A DNA stretch of 51,161 nt, from assembly GCA_021432655.1 (NCBI GenBank), contig MU271240.1, positions 76,534 to 127,694 of the forward strand, given 5' to 3'. Positions 47,894-51,161 of the stretch are shown piece after piece. The DNA is from Atractiella rhizophila. Taxonomy: Eukaryota. Within the stretch, counting starts at the first letter, position 1, and each line of letters opens with the position of its first letter. Made by a program: the position numbers and the translations under genes. The notes under the pieces are model-generated. The model worked only from the letters and a program-made list of their open reading frames with translations. It did no database searches and had not been told where the DNA came from.

Positions 47894-50268
47894 ATGAGCG
47901 ATCTCAACACTTCGAACGGCAATCTCTCGCCCTCTCAATCGGGTCTAAAATCTGTACGTTCTCGTTCTCTAGACATCTCAACATCGCAATAATGGGTTCC
48001 TGTGAAGAAACGGTCCCAACGGTTCACCGTCCAGTCCTCTGCGCCAGGTCAAAACATCCCATCACCCCCCCTCCCAAACAACGGAGCCGTAGCAGCCGCG
48101 TCCTATCCCCAACAGGTGCAATCGCAGTCCATCCCGCCCGCACCACAAACTGGAGGGTTGAACAATACGTTTTCCCTCCTCTCCAAGGGATCGGGCTCGC
48201 CTCCGTACGGAGGAGTGGGTGGAGTTCCAATTGGAGGAGGTGGAGGGGGAGGAGGAGGGGGGAAGCGGGACAGCTATGCGGGGTCGCAGGACTCGAATCC
48301 GTATTCGAGTGGAAGTCCGACGAGCTCGAACGACAATCCACTCATGGGACACTTCTTTCCGCATTCCCAACAACAACAACAACAACAGACGCCGACACAC
48401 CATCACAACCACAACCACACGCCCGGTCTCGTAGGCGGAGGAGGCGGGAGTGGGTTGTACAGTTCTCCCCAACAAGGCCAATACTTCCTGAACACCCCGC
48501 CGCTCCCCACGCAGAGTCAGGCGTACCATCTCTCCTCCGGTATATTGGGAGGGGGTGCAGGTGGGATGAGTCCTATGGGCTCCCTGAAAGCGATGAGGGC
48601 GAACACGAGCCCGATGCCGAGCATTGGAAGGTCGGGACTCCCCCAGGATTGGATGGGCTCTCCGGGTGCCGGTGGAGGGTATGGAGCGGTGGGCGGAGGA
48701 CTGGGAGCACTCAGTTCGGAAGATGAGGTTATACCGACTGCGGTGGTCGTGAAAAATATCCCGTTCAATGTGAAAAGGGAACAACTCTTGCAGATCTTTG
48801 TACGTGCCTTCTTCCCTTCCTCAATTATTTGTTGGATTGGGATGGGATGTTGATGTAGTATAATGCATGTAGGAAGACCTCCAGATCCCCTCGCCCTACG
48901 CTTTCAACTACCACTTCGACGACGGAATCTTCCGCGGCCTCGCCTTCGCCAACTTCCGCACACCAGCCGAAACCGACGCGGCGGTGGCGGCCTTGAACGG
49001 GTTCGACGTGCAGGGAAGGAAGCTGCGGGTGGAGTACAAGAAGGTGCTGAAGGAAGGAGAGAAGGAGAGGATCGAGAGGGAGAAGGCGATCAAGCGCATG
49101 AGGAGCGCCGTCATGGAGAGCCAGAGGAGAGAACGCGAGGCGTCCACCGGGTTGAGCGGCGTCGAGGACGTGTTTGGAGGGATGAGCATCGGTGGCGCTG
49201 GTGCTGGACCGGGAAGCGGGTTTAGAGACCCCGTGACACCTGGTGGGGGGAGTGGGTTTAGAGAGGGGTTGCAGAGACAGAATACGATGGGAAATACTGG
49301 GATTCAGGTTAATGTGGCGTCTTCAAGCCCTTCTGATGGGAGCGACAGGGGTTCGAAATATGGTATGTCTTCCCTCCCTTCCTCCTTACGTTCCAATACA
49401 AATGAACTGACGGTCGTGATGATATATAGAATTGGACATGAACGATCCTCAGACCCTCGAAATCTACTCACGCGTCCTCCTCTTCAAAGACGACTCCTTC
49501 CGTGACGAGCTCGCCTTCGCACGCTCCCTCGGAGCGACCCAGAGACGGATCGTGCACCTCATCGCGCAAAAGTTGGATCTGGACCACAAGTCTGTGGGCG
49601 GTGGAGAGGATAGGCATGTGGTCGTATACAAGCGGAATAAGGTGCGTCTTCCTCCTCATTCGAAATGAGGGCGTTATGCCGATAGCATATGATTGGTACA
49701 GAGACAAGACACCTTGTCACCTGAGAGCGCTTACCCTCCGGCCACCGGCGCAAGACTGCAAGCGAAAAAGTCGATGCCGGACATGCGGACGTACTCGCCT
49801 TCGTCTTCCTCTCCTTCCGCTTCTGGAATCGGAGGTCGAAAGAGCAACACGAACCTCCGCGAAGGTTATGCGACGGTCGGGAGGAAAGTGTCGAATTCGG
49901 CTCTGCGCGGAAACCTGCAAAACGTCTTTGGCGGATACTACAACAATAATGCCAATGGAGGAGGAGGGATGAGCCTCGGTGTGCTTGGTGAAAGGGCAGA
50001 GAGGAGGGTGGCCTCCACGCCTGGAGGTGATGCGTATGGAGGCGGATACTTTGGCGCGGATGGAGACGAGGCGAGTGGACTTAAAGATGGAGCGCCTTCC
50101 ACACCGATGAGCTCTGTGCCGCTGAGACAGCCCAAGGGACCGGATAGTGGGAACGGAGGAAACTTTGCGCAGAGGTCGGTGGGGAGGAAGAGCGGGCAGG
50201 GTCTCTTGGGCGGTGGTGGTGGAGGAGAGGGGGAGGAGATGCAGACGACGAAGCCGCTCGAATTTTGA
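47894..50268 (+). CDS. PIN4: Pin4/Cip1-Cip2-like RNA-binding protein (RRM + R3H), 5 exons
   Basis: RRM IPTAVVVKNIPF...PYAFNYHFDDGIFRGLAFANF...GRKLRVEYKK; R3H LDMNDPQTLEIYSRVLLFK...QRRIVHLIAQKLDLDHKS. Exons 47894-47953, 48008-48799, 48873-49362, 49430-49641, 49702-50268. Confidence 0.88.
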
Positions 50269-50565
50269 GCGTCTCGTACTCGCTCCGCTTTCTGCGACTC
50301 AACCATCTTGTCTGCTCGCCCGGTTTACGTTTGCAACTTGTCGACTTGTCAACTCTTGGTCGACAATGGTGCAAGGGAGGTGGAGGAGGATGGAACCACA
50401 AAACACTACTGATTTTACGATTCAAGAAACCAAGCCAAACCAAACCAAACCAATCCATTGCAGTCTTACTACGTCCGAATTCAAATTCTTGAGAGCCTGG
50501 AAGATTGATTACAGTACAATAATCCAAGAGAGGGAAGATCGTTTGAGTAGACCTCGTTTTTATTT

Positions 50566-50592
<27 letters not shown>
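50566..50592. repeat. (CT)n microsatellite
   Basis: Run of TC dinucleotides read directly. Confidence 0.9.
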
Positions 50593-50596
<4 letters not shown>

Positions 50597-51161
50597 ATAT
50601 TGAGAAGTATATTGAGGAGATAATTGCCCCCCGTCCCCCGTCTTTGTGTAGGCTTCTACTCGTTTGCAGTCGCAAATGTGATTTGTCTTTGATTTTATCC
50701 AGCCGGATCTAACTGCCTTCCTGCTCCTCCAGCCTTCTCTTGATTGACTAAATCAATGGAGGCTTGAATCAGTTTTGCGCGAGCGACCTCAAAATGCTGA
50801 ACACTGAACCAAGGAGCAGAGATGGTGACCTTAATGAGCGCTCTTGGTCAAATATCCAGAATCATGAAGGATCTGATATTGCTGATCTGGGTAACTTAAA
50901 CTTGCAGATAAGTCTCACGAGAGAGTGAGGAGAAAGAAGCGACGTGGTAAGCAGGGCAGATCACCGCCTGGCATGTAAAAATCATTCGCTCACACTGCAA
51001 AATCTGGTTGCATTACTCTCCAAATTTCACAACCTTTACATCCAAACTCTTCAAGCTAACGAGGACCAGCTCACCCGTTTGTCGAAATCTTGGGAGCATC
51101 ACTATTCGCACTTTCTGTCCCTGTTCCCCTTTCATTCCGATTTCATTAGCGACAGATATTA

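Noticed and set aside
48024..50527. Long antisense and alternate-frame ORFs over the Pin4-like gene
   Set aside because: Shadow ORFs of GC-rich, Gly/Ser-rich coding sequence.

Overview
Eukaryotic, intron-bearing fungal DNA (short ~45-110 bp GT-AG introns with CTRAC/CTRAT branch sites; a basidiomycete is likely, inferred from gene style only). Conserved housekeeping genes lie at the edges: pyruvate dehydrogenase protein X (365-2583, minus) on the left, and a cyclin L-like gene, an 80-aa secreted peptide precursor and a Pin4-like RRM/R3H gene (45326-50268, plus) on the right. Between them is a ~42-kb island of decayed mobile DNA: a full-length LINE with target-site duplication (TSD), two Ty3/Gypsy relics, several solo LTRs (one nested antisense in another), hAT relics and two Helitrons. 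The island also holds immunity-like genes. The only clearly intact genes in it are a head-to-head pair: a ~1120-aa TPR-CHAT (caspase-like) protease with an intact His/Cys dyad and a 297-aa beta-rich protein with an alternating-residue hairpin suggestive of a beta-pore-forming fold. This pair is the best candidate for an undescribed protease-activated cell-death/defence module. A patatin-NB-TPR NLR pseudogene and an F-box/LRR pseudogene lie nearby. All calls come from reading the sequence by eye; no searches were run.
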